Origin: Halocafeteria seosinensis
Lineage: Eukaryota
Assembly: GCA_001687465.1 (NCBI GenBank)
Contig: LVLI01000141.1
Coordinates: forward strand, 124,001-188,000
Direction: 5' to 3'
Length of the DNA stretch: 64,000 nt
The translations under genes and the position numbers were made by a program. The notes beneath the pieces were generated by a model. That model was not told the DNA's origin and searched no databases. It saw nothing but the letters and a program-made list of their open reading frames with translations. Below, piece after piece: positions 14,047 through 26,600 of the stretch. Position 1 is the first letter of the stretch. Each line of letters begins with the position of its first letter.

Positions 14047-15045
14047 TCATTCATCATTACTTGCACGCATCCTCTTGACCTGTTTCTCCATATCGAGGCA
14101 TGCAAGTTCTGTGTGGAAATTAGTGTCTACCGTTTCCATCCATCTTCGGTACAGTGTCTGTTAGTAAGAAGAAGCACGACGGGCGAGCGGGTAAGTCTGC
14201 ACAGATTCAATACATAACAGAAAAGGTGCATAGGTATTTACCTGTAATCGGGGTGCAGCCTCCTCCTGCTTTCTTTTGCGTCGCTTATTCAATATATCAG
14301 AGCGTTTCCTGATTTCTTCCAGTTCATGTTGGTACCTGTAACCCAGGGAGCTACGTTAGCAAAATCCAGCTTTTGTGTGGTAATGCATGAGCAGTCATAA
14401 ATGATCTCACCTGTTCTTAATTTGCTCTATAGTGTCCGCATTCCTTTTGAATCCATCAGCGCCATATTTGTTGACAAGCTCGAGGTTTAGGTGTTCAATC
14501 AGCTGAGACATGACAAACCCACCAGGTACGAAACAACCACAGCAGAAAATCTCTTCCTGCAAACTTACTTTGGACTCTAATTGAGTCTTCAATCTATCAA
14601 TCGAATGCTGCCAGGCGTCTGGGTCGTTTTTCTCCTTTTCTGTCTGCGGTGCTTGTTTGTCAGGTTCGTATCGGGACATATCGAGTTGCGGCATGGGTTC
14701 ATTGCGAGCAATTCTGTCCATCTCATTTTTGATAAGCGGATTACTTTCCATCTCTCTTGTGGAAGGATAAGCGGGCAATCGCGCCTCATAATCCTTCAAT
14801 GAAATGTTTTCTTCCCTAGCCATGGTGTCCATTTCCTGCTGCACCAAGCCATCCACATATTCAGCCATTTTAGAGTCATCATATTCTCGGTCCACATAGG
14901 GGAGAGCATCATTTGTCACCCCACTGTGGTGTCTAGGGTCAGCCAAAATCGTCTGAGGGGCTGGAATAACTACCTCATTCTGCTGGCTCGGCGTAGACGC
15001 CGCTGAGGTGTGCTGCTGCTGATGATGATGAGGGACCAATGCCAT
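14047..15045 (-). CDS. BCAS2: Pre-mRNA splicing factor SPF27/BCAS2 (multi-exon)
   Basis: DALPYVDREY, LDMSRYE, HLNLELVNKYG, NKRRKRKQEEA, and last exon TLYRRWMETVDTNFHTELAC. TGA at 14047-14049. Confidence 0.9.
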
Positions 15046-15344
15046 GGCACTTGGACTTGTTTCTACAAAACAAAAATGTAAAGGAACTTTTAATTTTTAT
15101 TTTTATTTTTTTTTTGACCATCAATACATTTCGGTCACTATAATACAGTATTATACAGTCGTTCTGGAAGTAGTAGATTGATCCTGACATTCCAGCATGA
15201 TTCCAGGGCCACGCGGTCTGTTACACCATGATTTGCAGTCACGAATTGTAAAGAAGCGCGTTCTTTTGTTCTCTCAGAGAATTTCTCTTGTGGCTTTTTG
15301 CTAGTTTATTCTATCATTCTTTGAAACCAGTATAGCAACCACGG

Positions 15345-18300
15345 CTACAATTTAGCTATCTTCTTCCATGTTGAAAGGGCATCATGGGACCTTGCAGACC
15401 GTGTCTGCCGTCTAGATACTTTCGGTTTTCCTGAATTATGATGCCTCTGGTGGACAGACTGAGCTTGTTCTGTCGGAGCGTCTTCGTTCTGCTTTCGAAT
15501 TAGTACAGACGACGCTGAAGTCGCTGACCGCGACTGGAGAGATTGAGCTGAAGCACCTGCGGAATACAATCTTGCGAAAACCCCGGTGTCAAAATTTGGT
15601 TGACGACGATTTGTATGCACCAGAGTTTGCGAATGATTGGGAATTGCGGTGGGCGTTTCCAAGGGATGCCGATGTGCAACTGCACGTGTCCTCCCTTTGT
15701 TCTCAGCACGGCTTGCTATGCGGGATTTGTGCATATCCCTTCCCTGCTTAAATCTTGACATGACAACATTAAGAGGAACTGCCTCTTTGTCTGTGTAGCC
15801 GGAACGTGGAGCCTGTGATCCGAACATACGCTCATGAGATAGACTATCACATTTCCTCCCGGAATGCGCTCGAACCTGTTCACTATGCTGATGGTAGTCG
15901 TTAGCAGCCACTGCTTCGAGCGGAGCAGCAGAGTTCACGCGATCAACCTTCTTTTCCTCCTTACTGCTTGTTGAGAATCGTTTAGCAATACCGTTGTTCG
16001 CTGGGGTAAGCTTTCTTTCAGTTTCAGCGTCTACCCACGGACGCGCTGTAGGGATTTTAATCGCTAAGGGAGAACTCTGTTGAGGGTGTTGCTCCCAGTC
16101 GGTGACCTCTGGTTCTTCGTTACCTCGAGGTGCGGACGGCTTGGACCGGTAGTTCTTTTGCGAGTTAGCCTTACCTGCCCCGCTAGAGGGCTCAAAGGTT
16201 TTTGTCCGCTGCGTGCATTCGGGTAATGCGAGGTTTTGCGGTGGTGGCTCCACCTGGCTCTTGCTTGGGTCCACACGATGGCCACTAAAGGTTGACGGTG
16301 GCTTCCCTCCATTAGCATCTCCGGGAATATCAGCTGCGGCCACAGCGTTCACTCCACCGCTGATTCGGTTATGAGCGCGTACATCCTGTATTACAGGCTG
16401 TATAGAAGAAACAGGGAGAGTATCGTTTCCACCAGAGGAGACAGAATCGCTCTCGCTTTGTGGGTTTTGGAAGGAAGTACCTTGCGTCACGGAATTATCA
16501 GTGTCACGGTATGTTTCATCTATAGATATCCCTTTAGCAAGTAAACTCACGTTATCCTTTTTTTGCCTGATTTCATATTTATACGCAGTCGGCTGGGTTA
16601 AGTGGAGAAGCACATTGCGGCGCATGGTGCCAGCTTCGGCACCAGAATCGCTCGCGGACACAAATTGTGATGCATTTCCAGTGACGGTGATAGCACTCTC
16701 CTGGTCCTCCAACTCATTCACTTCTGTGGGTATGTTACTGGACTCTTGAGGCGCTATGGGTGGCCGAGAATCTACTGATGAAATATCGGATAAAGGGCTT
16801 GGTGAGGAGCTGACTTGATTGTCGTCAGTGTCCTCAGTATCTGTTTTTTTGTTGGGAGGGCAAACTGACCCGCCTGTCTGTTCCACGGTCTCGGTTTCGG
16901 AAGAGCTTGCCCTCGGGAAGCGTCTTGTTTCTGGTTCTTCGGGAAACTTCAGCCGCAGTAGATGCTCATTTAGCAATGCTTTGCTTGCGTCAATTCCATG
17001 TATGGCAGCGTCCAAGGAAAATTGCTGGTTTTCTCTCCCGTCCCTGCAACTACCCTCCACAAGAACGTTGTGAGCGGAATTTACTTGCCGCAACGCGAGC
17101 TCAAGAGCATATGACAGCCCATCAACCCGACGAAAAGGAGAGCCGTCTTCCTTAAACTTGCTTCTTATCGTAGCTTCTGCGTCTTCTAGAGAGTCTATGA
17201 GCTGCATAACGGCTAACCGCAACTGGCAGTGTCCGTAGCATTCTTGTCCATCCTCTGTCGTACTATTCCGTGGTCTCATCTTCTGCATAGACTTCTGGAA
17301 GAAGTTTACGCTTTTCATAGCTGAGTGGCAGATACTGACCAGCTCGTGTACCATGATGCCGAGTTCTTCCACTCCTGGTACGTTGCTTAATCTGTCCATG
17401 GTGACGTCAAGTTCTGATTGCTCGTTTCTCGATTCCAAATAATGGGAGGCGCTTGGCGACTTTAATTTATTTTCATCCTTTTTAAGAGCGTTCTCTTGCC
17501 TTAACAGTTTTAGCACATCAGTCTTCGCCATTTTTTCGTAGAAAGCTGCAACGCTATCCTTGCAACTTCGGCGCGAGTACAAGAGCATAGTGACCTCAGT
17601 AACTTCTTCTTGGTTGGACTCGTGTTTCTCCATGGACGAAAGAAAATTCTCGTTTAAACCCAGGCTGAAGCAGGTGCATGTGGAAAGTGTCAGCAGTTGT
17701 TGCCTTACGTTTCCATACTCTTTGAAAAGCTCTGAGTCACGGCAAAAGCCCAGAAGCTCGCACTTCGTGTTGAAATTCCCATCGAGCTCTTCGGTATCAT
17801 CCACACTATGTAAACCTGCCAAGAGCAATGACCGCTGCAGAGCAACTGTAGCTTCGCGGATATTCGTTTTGGTATTGAAGGCTGTTGCTTGATAGTTTGC
17901 AACAAGTTCAACTAATTGCGCAGCTTGCAAACCTAATTCAACTGCGCAACGCTCCAAGATACCGTCTTCATCGAGCACCAGGCTAGATAAATCAGTATTC
18001 TCTACGTTCTCGTATAATAATTGGATCCTGTTTTCGTCGTTGGTTATAACTTCAAGGAGCAATGCAGCTGTTAAACACCGTGCAGCTACTTCTCGTTTGG
18101 CATGTACCTCCGTTAACTGCTGAGCTAGATCCGCGAGCTTGTTGCCAACGTGAATGGCTTTCTCCTTATTGAGTGCTGGCTTCTTAGTTGAAAACGCGTG
18201 CAGGTCGGTTTTCGGCAGCCTCATTGTTCCTATAATGACACTAACTCCCTTTATCGATCCTTGACAGCCGTTCAAGTATAGACCTGTGGCGAAACCACTC

Positions 18301-19319
18301 CCCTCTGTCTGGTTGCCTAGCGAGTTCTCCAGCAAACTGAGCAAGTCTTTCCACAAAGAGAGTTTTTGGTAGATTGTGGCTCCAAGGTCAAGGTCCATCT
18401 TCTTGAACATTATGTTCAGAATGTCGTATCCGTGTTCAATCCCTGGTGCCTGGATTCTGAGCGTCTGTATGGGTCGTCGGCCCGACACTTGAAACAACTT
18501 ACTCTGGAGCATATTTTGTACTTTCTGGGAGCAATAAACGCGTATAAGCTCCATGTCTGACGAATCTAAGTGTTTTAAACCTCTACAGAAGAAGTCGAAT
18601 TGGACCCCTTTGTTATTTTCTGTTCCCCCCTCTTCAATAAACCAGTAGAGTCGTTGGGCCTGCCTTATTCCAAATCCGTTGACAGAATGAAAACATAGAC
18701 TTCGTAGCATGTTAAATACAAAGACCTCGTGGGCACTTAGATTCAAAGCCTTTTCCAGCGTCGGACGGGCAATGGTGTCAGCCTCAAGTAACGAAGTAGG
18801 GTCGCCATTTTTTGGACCAAATGTACTCCGATGAGCGCATCTATTTTCAGCGGAATTTCGACGGTAGTTTCGACAGTTCTTTACATCCTGTTTTACACTA
18901 TCAAAGTATGCCATCAACAGTGGAAAATGTTTGGCTTTTATATCTCTAGTCAAGATGTCACTTGTTCGCTGCAGCAGCAGCAAATTACGAATGGCACCTG
19001 GCAAACGCTGCTTCCTTTTCCTCATGTGCTGTGCCTTTACTTGACAAAGAAGACCATTCTCTGGGACGAGATCTTTCTGGATAACTGCTCCCAGACATCC
19101 GACCTCCAGCAGTAATGCTCCCACCGTGTACGATCCCGAGTTCCAGAGTTGCAAAATTGGGTCACGTCGGAACGGATCACCACACCTCACCAGATAGATG
19201 GGATCCTCGGTGACAGTTTTCTCCTCATTAGATAAACTTCCCTCGACTACAATTCCGGGAAGCCAAAGATGTCGAGTGTGCAGCACGAAAACTTCGTCGT
19301 ATGGCTGGAAAGAAGACAT
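15345..19319 (-). CDS. Uncharacterised 1,324-aa protein; N-terminal half possibly a highly degenerate myosin-head-like domain, C-terminal half disordered
   Basis: Single long intron-less ORF. Coding status is supported by length; the myosin resemblance is weak (see findings). Confidence 0.7.
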   Translation of the reverse strand: MSSFQPYDEVFVLHTRHLWLPGIVVEGSLSNEEKTVTEDPIYLVRCGDPFRRDPILQLWNSGSYTVGALLLEVGCLGAVIQKDLVPENGLLCQVKAQHMRKRKQRLPGAIRNLLLLQRTSDILTRDIKAKHFPLLMAYFDSVKQDVKNCRNYRRNSAENRCAHRSTFGPKNGDPTSLLEADTIARPTLEKALNLSAHEVFVFNMLRSLCFHSVNGFGIRQAQRLYWFIEEGGTENNKGVQFDFFCRGLKHLDSSDMELIRVYCSQKVQNMLQSKLFQVSGRRPIQTLRIQAPGIEHGYDILNIMFKKMDLDLGATIYQKLSLWKDLLSLLENSLGNQTEGSGFATGLYLNGCQGSIKGVSVIIGTMRLPKTDLHAFSTKKPALNKEKAIHVGNKLADLAQQLTEVHAKREVAARCLTAALLLEVITNDENRIQLLYENVENTDLSSLVLDEDGILERCAVELGLQAAQLVELVANYQATAFNTKTNIREATVALQRSLLLAGLHSVDDTEELDGNFNTKCELLGFCRDSELFKEYGNVRQQLLTLSTCTCFSLGLNENFLSSMEKHESNQEEVTEVTMLLYSRRSCKDSVAAFYEKMAKTDVLKLLRQENALKKDENKLKSPSASHYLESRNEQSELDVTMDRLSNVPGVEELGIMVHELVSICHSAMKSVNFFQKSMQKMRPRNSTTEDGQECYGHCQLRLAVMQLIDSLEDAEATIRSKFKEDGSPFRRVDGLSYALELALRQVNSAHNVLVEGSCRDGRENQQFSLDAAIHGIDASKALLNEHLLRLKFPEEPETRRFPRASSSETETVEQTGGSVCPPNKKTDTEDTDDNQVSSSPSPLSDISSVDSRPPIAPQESSNIPTEVNELEDQESAITVTGNASQFVSASDSGAEAGTMRRNVLLHLTQPTAYKYEIRQKKDNVSLLAKGISIDETYRDTDNSVTQGTSFQNPQSESDSVSSGGNDTLPVSSIQPVIQDVRAHNRISGGVNAVAAADIPGDANGGKPPSTFSGHRVDPSKSQVEPPPQNLALPECTQRTKTFEPSSGAGKANSQKNYRSKPSAPRGNEEPEVTDWEQHPQQSSPLAIKIPTARPWVDAETERKLTPANNGIAKRFSTSSKEEKKVDRVNSAAPLEAVAANDYHQHSEQVRAHSGRKCDSLSHERMFGSQAPRSGYTDKEAVPLNVVMSRFKQGRDMHKSRIASRAENKGRTRAVAHRHPLETPTAIPNHSQTLVHTNRRQPNFDTGVFARLYSAGASAQSLQSRSATSASSVLIRKQNEDAPTEQAQSVHQRHHNSGKPKVSRRQTRSARSHDALSTWKKIAKL

Positions 19320-19653
19320 CTTACGTCTTCACCTGGCCGACGCAAAACCCTGGAGCAATCCGTCGGAGCCATACAGCGTGTACTACAGCTGCATTTTCGC
19401 AAGCAACATATCGATACGAAATTACGTTTTCTAAGTTAATTAAACATTGAAAGCGGCAGGCATGATCTTCGCCATCAATTTGTGTCCCGTTGCAACTGCA
19501 AAAACGAACAAAAACGACAATCTTTCTTGATACCGTACTTCAACTTCAACCTGGGAGGCGAGGTGAACTGGAGTCACTGCATATACAGAGTGGATTGAGT
19601 GCGATATCCCCATCGCTGTTTGACCCTTTGTACGTGGAGAACAAGCGAATAAA

Positions 19654-21987
19654 ATGCAGGCGACAAACATTAATGGGATTAAGGTATACAACATTTCGGC
19701 TCCGAAAAAGCGACCGGAATGGCTCAGCGAACAGCAACGCCGAAAATTGCAGAAGGAGGATGAGGATTTTCGCCGCCGCATACATTTGCTTCAAGACTTT
19801 GAATTTCCTACGGCTGCTCAGAGGATCAAGGTTTCTAAAGATGGGAACTACGTCGCTGCAACGGGTGTCTATAAACCACGGGTAAAAGTATTCGATGTGC
19901 GAGAACTCAGTCTCAAGTTCGAACGACATTTGGACTGTGAAGTTGTACAATTCCAGGTAAGACACCTAGCTTATCCGTACTTGATGATGTGACCCAAATT
20001 AGGAAGTGATGGGAGCTCAATTTTGCAGATGCTTTCGGAAGATTTCAGGAAAATGGCGTTTCTCCAAGCTGATCGAACTGTCGAGTTACACGCAGCGTAT
20101 GGTTCTCATCATAAAACGCGGATCCCCAAAGTTGGGCGAGACATGTGCTACCATTCTCCAACAGCAGGTATGTCATAGAAGCTCGCTTCTTCCGCTATCT
20201 TGATGGGACTATAAGAGGCTCCGTGTGTTTAACTTGCAGAACTTTATATTGGAGGATCATCCGACGAAATTTATAGATTGAATCTTGAAGAGGGAAGATT
20301 CATGGCCCCCCTTTCTTCTCACAGTCCTGAAATAAATGCCTTAGGTGTCTCCCCGTCGACGCAGTTGGTGGGCAGTGCGGGTTCTGATGGGGTCGTGGAG
20401 CTTTGGGACCCTCGAAGCAGAAACGCTGTTGGACGAGTCGAAGTGGGCTCTGCCACAAACGCATCGAAGAACGCTGCTGTCGTACCAGGCTTTGAAACCC
20501 TGCCTCAGACGTCCAATGAGAATGCAGAAGCTACCGCTATTAGGTTTGACAATTCTGGGCTGGGTATGGCAGTAGGAACTAGTGATGGAAGAGTCCAGTT
20601 GTACGATCTGCGGTCTCGGGTACCCCTTCTGCGAAAACACCATCAATACGGTCTTCCTATAGTTGATCTAAAGTTTCACTCAGGACCTGGATCGGGCCAC
20701 TTAGGGACCAGTCAAAGCGAATCGGAGAGTCTGCCTCAATCCGTGAGCAGTGGCGAGTACGTTGTGAGCACAGATCCTAAGATTATCAAGATCTGGAATA
20801 GGGGTTCCGGAAAGAACCTAACAAACATAGAGCCTGATGTTCCAATTAATGATATAGCCCTATTAAAAACTCGTTCAGGGATAGGGGGTGGTAATGGAAA
20901 GCTCGCTGAGAGGCTTCCGGACGAAACAGAGAGGCGAAAGTTGGAGAGATCCGATGCCAAGTCAACAAACTTGAGCGAAGACAGTGGCCTTATTCTTGTG
21001 GCCGGGGAGAAACCGGAAATGATGAGTTATTACGTTCCAGATCTTGGTCTCGCCCCCAGATGGTGCTCCTTCTTGGATTCGCTAACTGAAGAATTGGAAG
21101 AAAAGAAAGAGGATACTGGCACGGTGTATGAGGATTACAAATTCGTCACACGAGACGAACTAGTCCGTCTTGGTCTATCTCATTTGATTGGTACCTCTCT
21201 ACTTAAGTCGTACATGCACGGATTCTTCATGGATATTCGATTATACAACAAGGTACAAGCAATTGCTGATCCGTTTGCATATGAGCGGTGGAGAAAAGCC
21301 CAGGTGAAACAGAAATTGGAAGAAAAACGGGGAAACAGAATCAACATTCAGCGGAAATTGCCGCAAGTCAATAGCGAACTTGCGAAGGAGCTAATGCATA
21401 AACAAAAAAGTGCTGGAGAAAACCCAACAGAGTCCAACCCATTGGGCGACGAACGCTTCAACAGGCTGTTCAGCGACCCTGAGTTTCAAATTGATTCACA
21501 GTCGGCCGCGTACAAGGCTGTCAAGTCTACGGAGTCTCAGAAACGCAAACATCCACCGGACGAGTATGATGCTGCTGGTACAACCACTGAAGCTGACAGT
21601 GCATTCGACTCGGTCCTGAATCAGGTCAGCGAAGCAGAAGAAGAAGGCGTTGCAGAGGAGGATGAATACAGTTCGAAGAAACAGCCGAATACTGGTAAAA
21701 AGAAATCCCGTGGTCCGGCGAAAAGCGTAAAATTCTTTGAAACAAAAGATAACCAAGATGATCCTGAGATTGCTGCAAAAATGTTTGGATTCAATCCTTT
21801 GAAGAAGAAAGAAAGGAATCTTCTAAAGAAAGAGCATGCGAGCCTGGCTGATCGGATTGAAAAAGCTGAGGCCCGTCTGGCCAAGAAGAAGCAGCGAACC
21901 TCTTCGATAAATGTACGTAACGGCGCTATCGAGGCCAAGTTCACGCCTCAATCCAACAATAAAGGCAAATTTTCCAAGAAAGCTTAA
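19654..21987 (+). CDS. NOL10: Nucleolar protein 10 / Enp2 (WD40, SSU processome)
   Basis: RRIHLLQDFEFP, ATGVYKPRVK, LKFERHLDCEVVQF, LGLAPRWCSFLDSLTEELEE, VYEDYKFVT, YMHGFFMD and NUC153-like DERFNRLFSDPEFQID. Two introns. Confidence 0.95.
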
Positions 21988-22025
21988 AGACACTATTCAA
22001 CGTGAAACTGCCGATAACCTGCCAT

Positions 22026-23354
22026 CTAGGGATCTGAACTTGACGCTGACTCTATAGTTTCAACGATAACTGCTTTTTCTCCTCGACATGACACACTCTT
22101 GTAGGGAAGTTTTTTAGATGCAACATTAGGATCTACGGCAGCAGTAGTCTGCACCAATGTTATGGAGGTGGCTACCCCTGGGGCAGTTAAGACAGGCAAA
22201 CGTATAGCGCTCTTACCAGTCCCAGTGTTCGAACAGAGTCCCAGTCTTTACTTTGCCTCTCTGAATACTCTCTAATCAAGTAATTGTCCCAGTATTCACA
22301 AAGTACACGTGTTTCATGTGCACGGAGCATTACGCCGTCCACGCGCAACCAAAAGCGAGCAAGTGCATAGGCTTTGTCGGGCATGCAGCGCTGCACATTT
22401 GACGGGCATTCCGCAAACCCAGGATGTCGTCAGCGGTTCTAAGTATTGTGTTGACACAACTGCTTTCCACTTACAATGCGTACATCATATTTACTGGTGC
22501 CGCTATCGTCTAGCTCGCTTTCGAAGAGATCAACCTCATCGTAGGCATCAATTGGGATGGACGTGTCTTTGAGTGCCTCATAGTCAATACATTTTTTCGT
22601 GCTGTGAACGCACTCCTGTTATGGGTCTCCGAGGATAGCTTCACTGAAGCGTCTAGTTACACCTAAAGAACCACCTGCCGCTTACCTCGTTGGGCGTCCC
22701 ATTAAGCTTTATTGTACCTCGATAGGTACTCGTAAAAGTCCAATCATGGTTATACTGTACCTGTTCCGCCGCCGCCGCTGCCTGGATACTTCTGAAAGTC
22801 TCGCAAAAATAATGCATACAGTGTAGTATCAATTCGTCGGGTATAGAACTCTTGGACGTACTTATCACGGTTTTGTTCCCATTCTTCAGCAACAGCCACT
22901 CGCACCGGGGCAGCAGATGGAGGAAGTACATCTTTGAGAGCATCCACCGCGTTGAATTCCAGTTCTGTCACACCCACGAAACGGCTATGCATTTCGGAAC
23001 AGGAGGGGCATAACGGAATTCGATTAATGTTCGCCATACCTACGCCTGTTTCTTTATTCTTGAAATTGAGGTAATTATATCCAAATATCATCTCTGGAGG
23101 GTCGAAGCCGATAGCTTCACGAATTCTGAAGACAAGCTCCCATGCTGGATACACGAAGGCCGATTTCGTACAGTGATACTCTCTTACCTTTCGATCGATT
23201 CATGCTCAGAAATATGCGTCTTTTTTGTCGTGATCACCCAGTTGCCTCGGTCAATGTGGATACCGCCTGTCGTACTGGACCCTAAACTCCCCACAACTCT
23301 GGCCGCAGGTGAGGTACCCGCAGCCGAAGGCGATGAGGAGGAGGAAGACGACAT
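22026..23354 (-). CDS. TIPRL: TIP41-like PP2A regulator (multi-exon)
   Basis: PPEMIFGYN, LEFNAVDAL, HDWTFTSTYRG, VDLFESELDDSG, ARFWLRVDGVMLRAHETR. ATG at 23354, TAG at 22026-22028. Confidence 0.9.
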
Positions 23355-23620
23355 TCTCTGCGGATCTGAAGAAGGGACTCAACTCCGTGAAAGACGTATT
23401 CCACCGAAACTTGCTACTGTGACAATGCGGTAGACGGCATCTGGACTGTGGTGAGAATTTCCAGCAAGTGTGGTTGTGAACCTCAGGAACTGCAGTGACC
23501 TGAGCTCATGGTCAAAATAGGTGATTTTCGCACTATTGTATTGCTTTACAGATGTAAATTTTATAATCTATGTGTAACATGATGAACTCTGGATTCTCCG
23601 GCTGTACAAGTAGCTGTAGT

Positions 23621-26600
23621 TCACAGTTTATGTGGCGTTTTCTTAGCAACGGTTGTAACCTCAGAGAGGGCCTTCACCCATTTTTTGGCATCACCTGCTG
23701 TGACGGTTTCACAGCATAAAGTATTCGCTGGCGTTTCCACTATAAAGCAACAACTTGGATCGGCAACCTTCCCGAATGTTTTCTTCTTGTGTCCTGGACC
23801 CGTAGTTTGCTCCACACGGCTCACTTTTTTCACGTCAAGAGCTCCCATACTCTTTTGTGACTTCGGATCTTCCCAGACAATGGAGTGAAAATCCGTAGCC
23901 ATGCGCACATGGGAATCTTTTGGGGTTCCCTTTTTCCAAACCTTCATGACACTACCTGCTCGCAACATATTCCTATACGGCTTCAAGGTGTCCTCGGCAG
24001 CTTCATTTTCTTGTTGAATGGCTGTCTCCTTCTTAGCGGCCAGCTTACTTTCGATGAACTTATTCTGCTGGACTTGTTGCATAGAAATTAAAGCCGAACG
24101 CGTATACTGAGGGATTTCAGGATCGTTCGCATATGTTTCCGAGATGGCGTTCAGCAAGTCCTGACCTCCCTGTTCGGTTACCAGCATAGCATTCTCATTC
24201 GAAATCATGGCGACGTTGTCAATCGTTTGAATCCCTCGTAAAACAAGGTCCCGACAGTCTGGATGGCGAGTAATTGCTCGTATGACACGAATAATGCCAT
24301 CGTGCTGAACAATATGCCGAAGGTTAGATTCTACATACGCCAAATGGCCCAGTAGCCGAAGACCAGTAATTAAGAACTCAGTGTTGTCAGCGTAAGTTTC
24401 CAAAGCGTTAGTAATTATGTGCATTCCGGAATCCGCAATATGGCTCGATAGCTCGTCAGACGAGCACATCCGTGTAAGCGCAGTAAACAATTCCGCTAAG
24501 AAGTCCATCTCGTTTTGGAATGGTTCTGCGAGCTTAATGGCTCTTACACTTCCTCCTGTCTCTAACAGTTTATCTCTGCCGAATTCGCTTGCCGATAAAT
24601 TTGCTAGAATTATGCAACAGGAGTTAATAGAATTTTGAACAATTTCTGTCTTCCCTTCAAGTTCCTCCTCGTCTTCCATCGAACCTGATTTGATATTCTT
24701 GAGCAGCCGCAGTTGTTGCTCAAGGGCATCCAAGATTAACGTGACTCCGTCATTTTCGGCCAAGAGTTCTTGAGTCTTAACAGCATAAGACAAAGTACCA
24801 ATCAAGGGAAGTATGCATTGCAGTAACTCCATGTCCCAGTCATGCAAATGCATGATTTCTGTTAGCAAGGCAACTACATCAAAATCTGTAGTAAACTGAT
24901 GGGTCAGCTCTTCGTCTTGAACCATATTCGCTAAAGCTTCAATAGCCGACTTCAGAATTGCCGAATTCATTTTATTCTTCTTCATTGCCTCCAGGAGTAC
25001 CCCACCCACCCCTTGATGGTATAGAGTAAAGGCCAGGGATGAGTAATCTTGATGGTCAAAGTTCTCGGCTTCTTCATCAAAGCCGAAAAAGTTCCCCAGC
25101 ACTTCGATGGCCAATTGAACAGCCTGTTCATCCTTTGAAGTTCGTATTACGTCAACGAGTATTTCTCCAGTGTTGTGGACACGCACAGCTAGAGCAATGT
25201 TTTCGTCCAAATAAGCCAAGTTTCCAAGCGCCCTCAACGACATCTTTAAGCATCGGGGCTCTGAGATATATCGTTTTATGATGTCTACAATGAGATGGAG
25301 AGAGCTTTTACCAATAGCCAATTTATTGTCATCAGAGCCACACATGAGGTTGCTCAGGGTACACGTCCCGTTTTCTAGCACATCCATAGTATTCGGGTGC
25401 TCTTTCATTGTGTTCAGGATCGCATCAATTCCACCCTGAGAGCAAATTGCTTCAACGTTCTCGGGTGAGTTAAACGCCAAATTTGCGAGTGTGGACAGGG
25501 TTTTCGTCGCAGTAGTCAAATCATCCTTGTGATAACCTAAACAAATACGGATCGCCACATCTATACCTCCCTCCTCAGGAATGGCAGGCTTGTATTCTTC
25601 ATTCCTGGATATTTTCTCCATCAGTTCTGAAAGCAACTGGGCCAATTGTGCGTTCTCTGGATCTTTCTTGACAGCGTCTAGAATCGCTGCTATCCCGCCT
25701 TGCTCAGCAATTTCGATGCAGTTATCTTGACGGGAGGACACTTTAGTCAGTGCACGCATTGATTTGAGCACCATGGCCTTGTCCGCATGACATTCTGCCA
25801 CTCCCATCGCACGAATTACATAGCCAATAGAAGCAGAAGAAACAGCGACAACCTCATCTTCCTCGCACTGATCAATGCATTCATACACGCTGTCCATTGT
25901 CACTCGGAACTCCTCGAAGGTGTCCTGGTTACTTTCCGCTTGTTCGATGCTGAAGGACTCCAAGGAAGTTGTGGATGCAGCGAGGGACGAAGTTACCATC
26001 GCCGTGACGTCTCCGTAATGGTCCTTCAACAAAGCAACCAGTTTTGCAGCAGTCGATGACAGTTCTCCATAGCTTTTCTCCAACGCAATAGCATTTAGTT
26101 GGCCTATGGCGATCTGCTCAATTCCGGAGTTCTCAACGCCGAGCAAGGAAGTGATGCCAAACAACACCTTAACAGCTTGTGCTGCTATTTCAGTGTTTTC
26201 AGTTTTCAATTTTCGCAGTCTCTTCATTATATTCATGGGTACTCCTGTAGCAGCATACGCCCCTGCGCGGTATGCGCCATTTTCTGTATCAGCAAGATGC
26301 TGTTCCATTGACTTGAAAGTGACGGAGCAAACATTCGCTGGCAAGTTGGGGATGTTAAAGAGATTGTCATACACATTTGCACTTTGAGCAAGGAGGTCCT
26401 CCCCCATCTCTGGTGAGTATTCCAGAGCGCCAGAAATGTTCATCAATGCCGCAATATTGTCATGCAGCTTTTGAGACTTGATGTTATTTTCGAGGGACGT
26501 CACAACCCCGGAGAGGGCAAAGTTCAGGCAAGATTGGGCGAAAGACCGATCAAAGCTGTTCTCTTCGTCGAGGGCCTCCTGGATCGACTTGCAAGTTAGA

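Noticed and set aside
14503..14568. Stop-free 66-nt in-frame segments in BCAS2 (and 48096-48161 in the carrier) appearing as protein insertions
   Set aside because: Both have canonical donor and acceptor sites and interrupt conserved sequence, so they are ordinary 3n introns.
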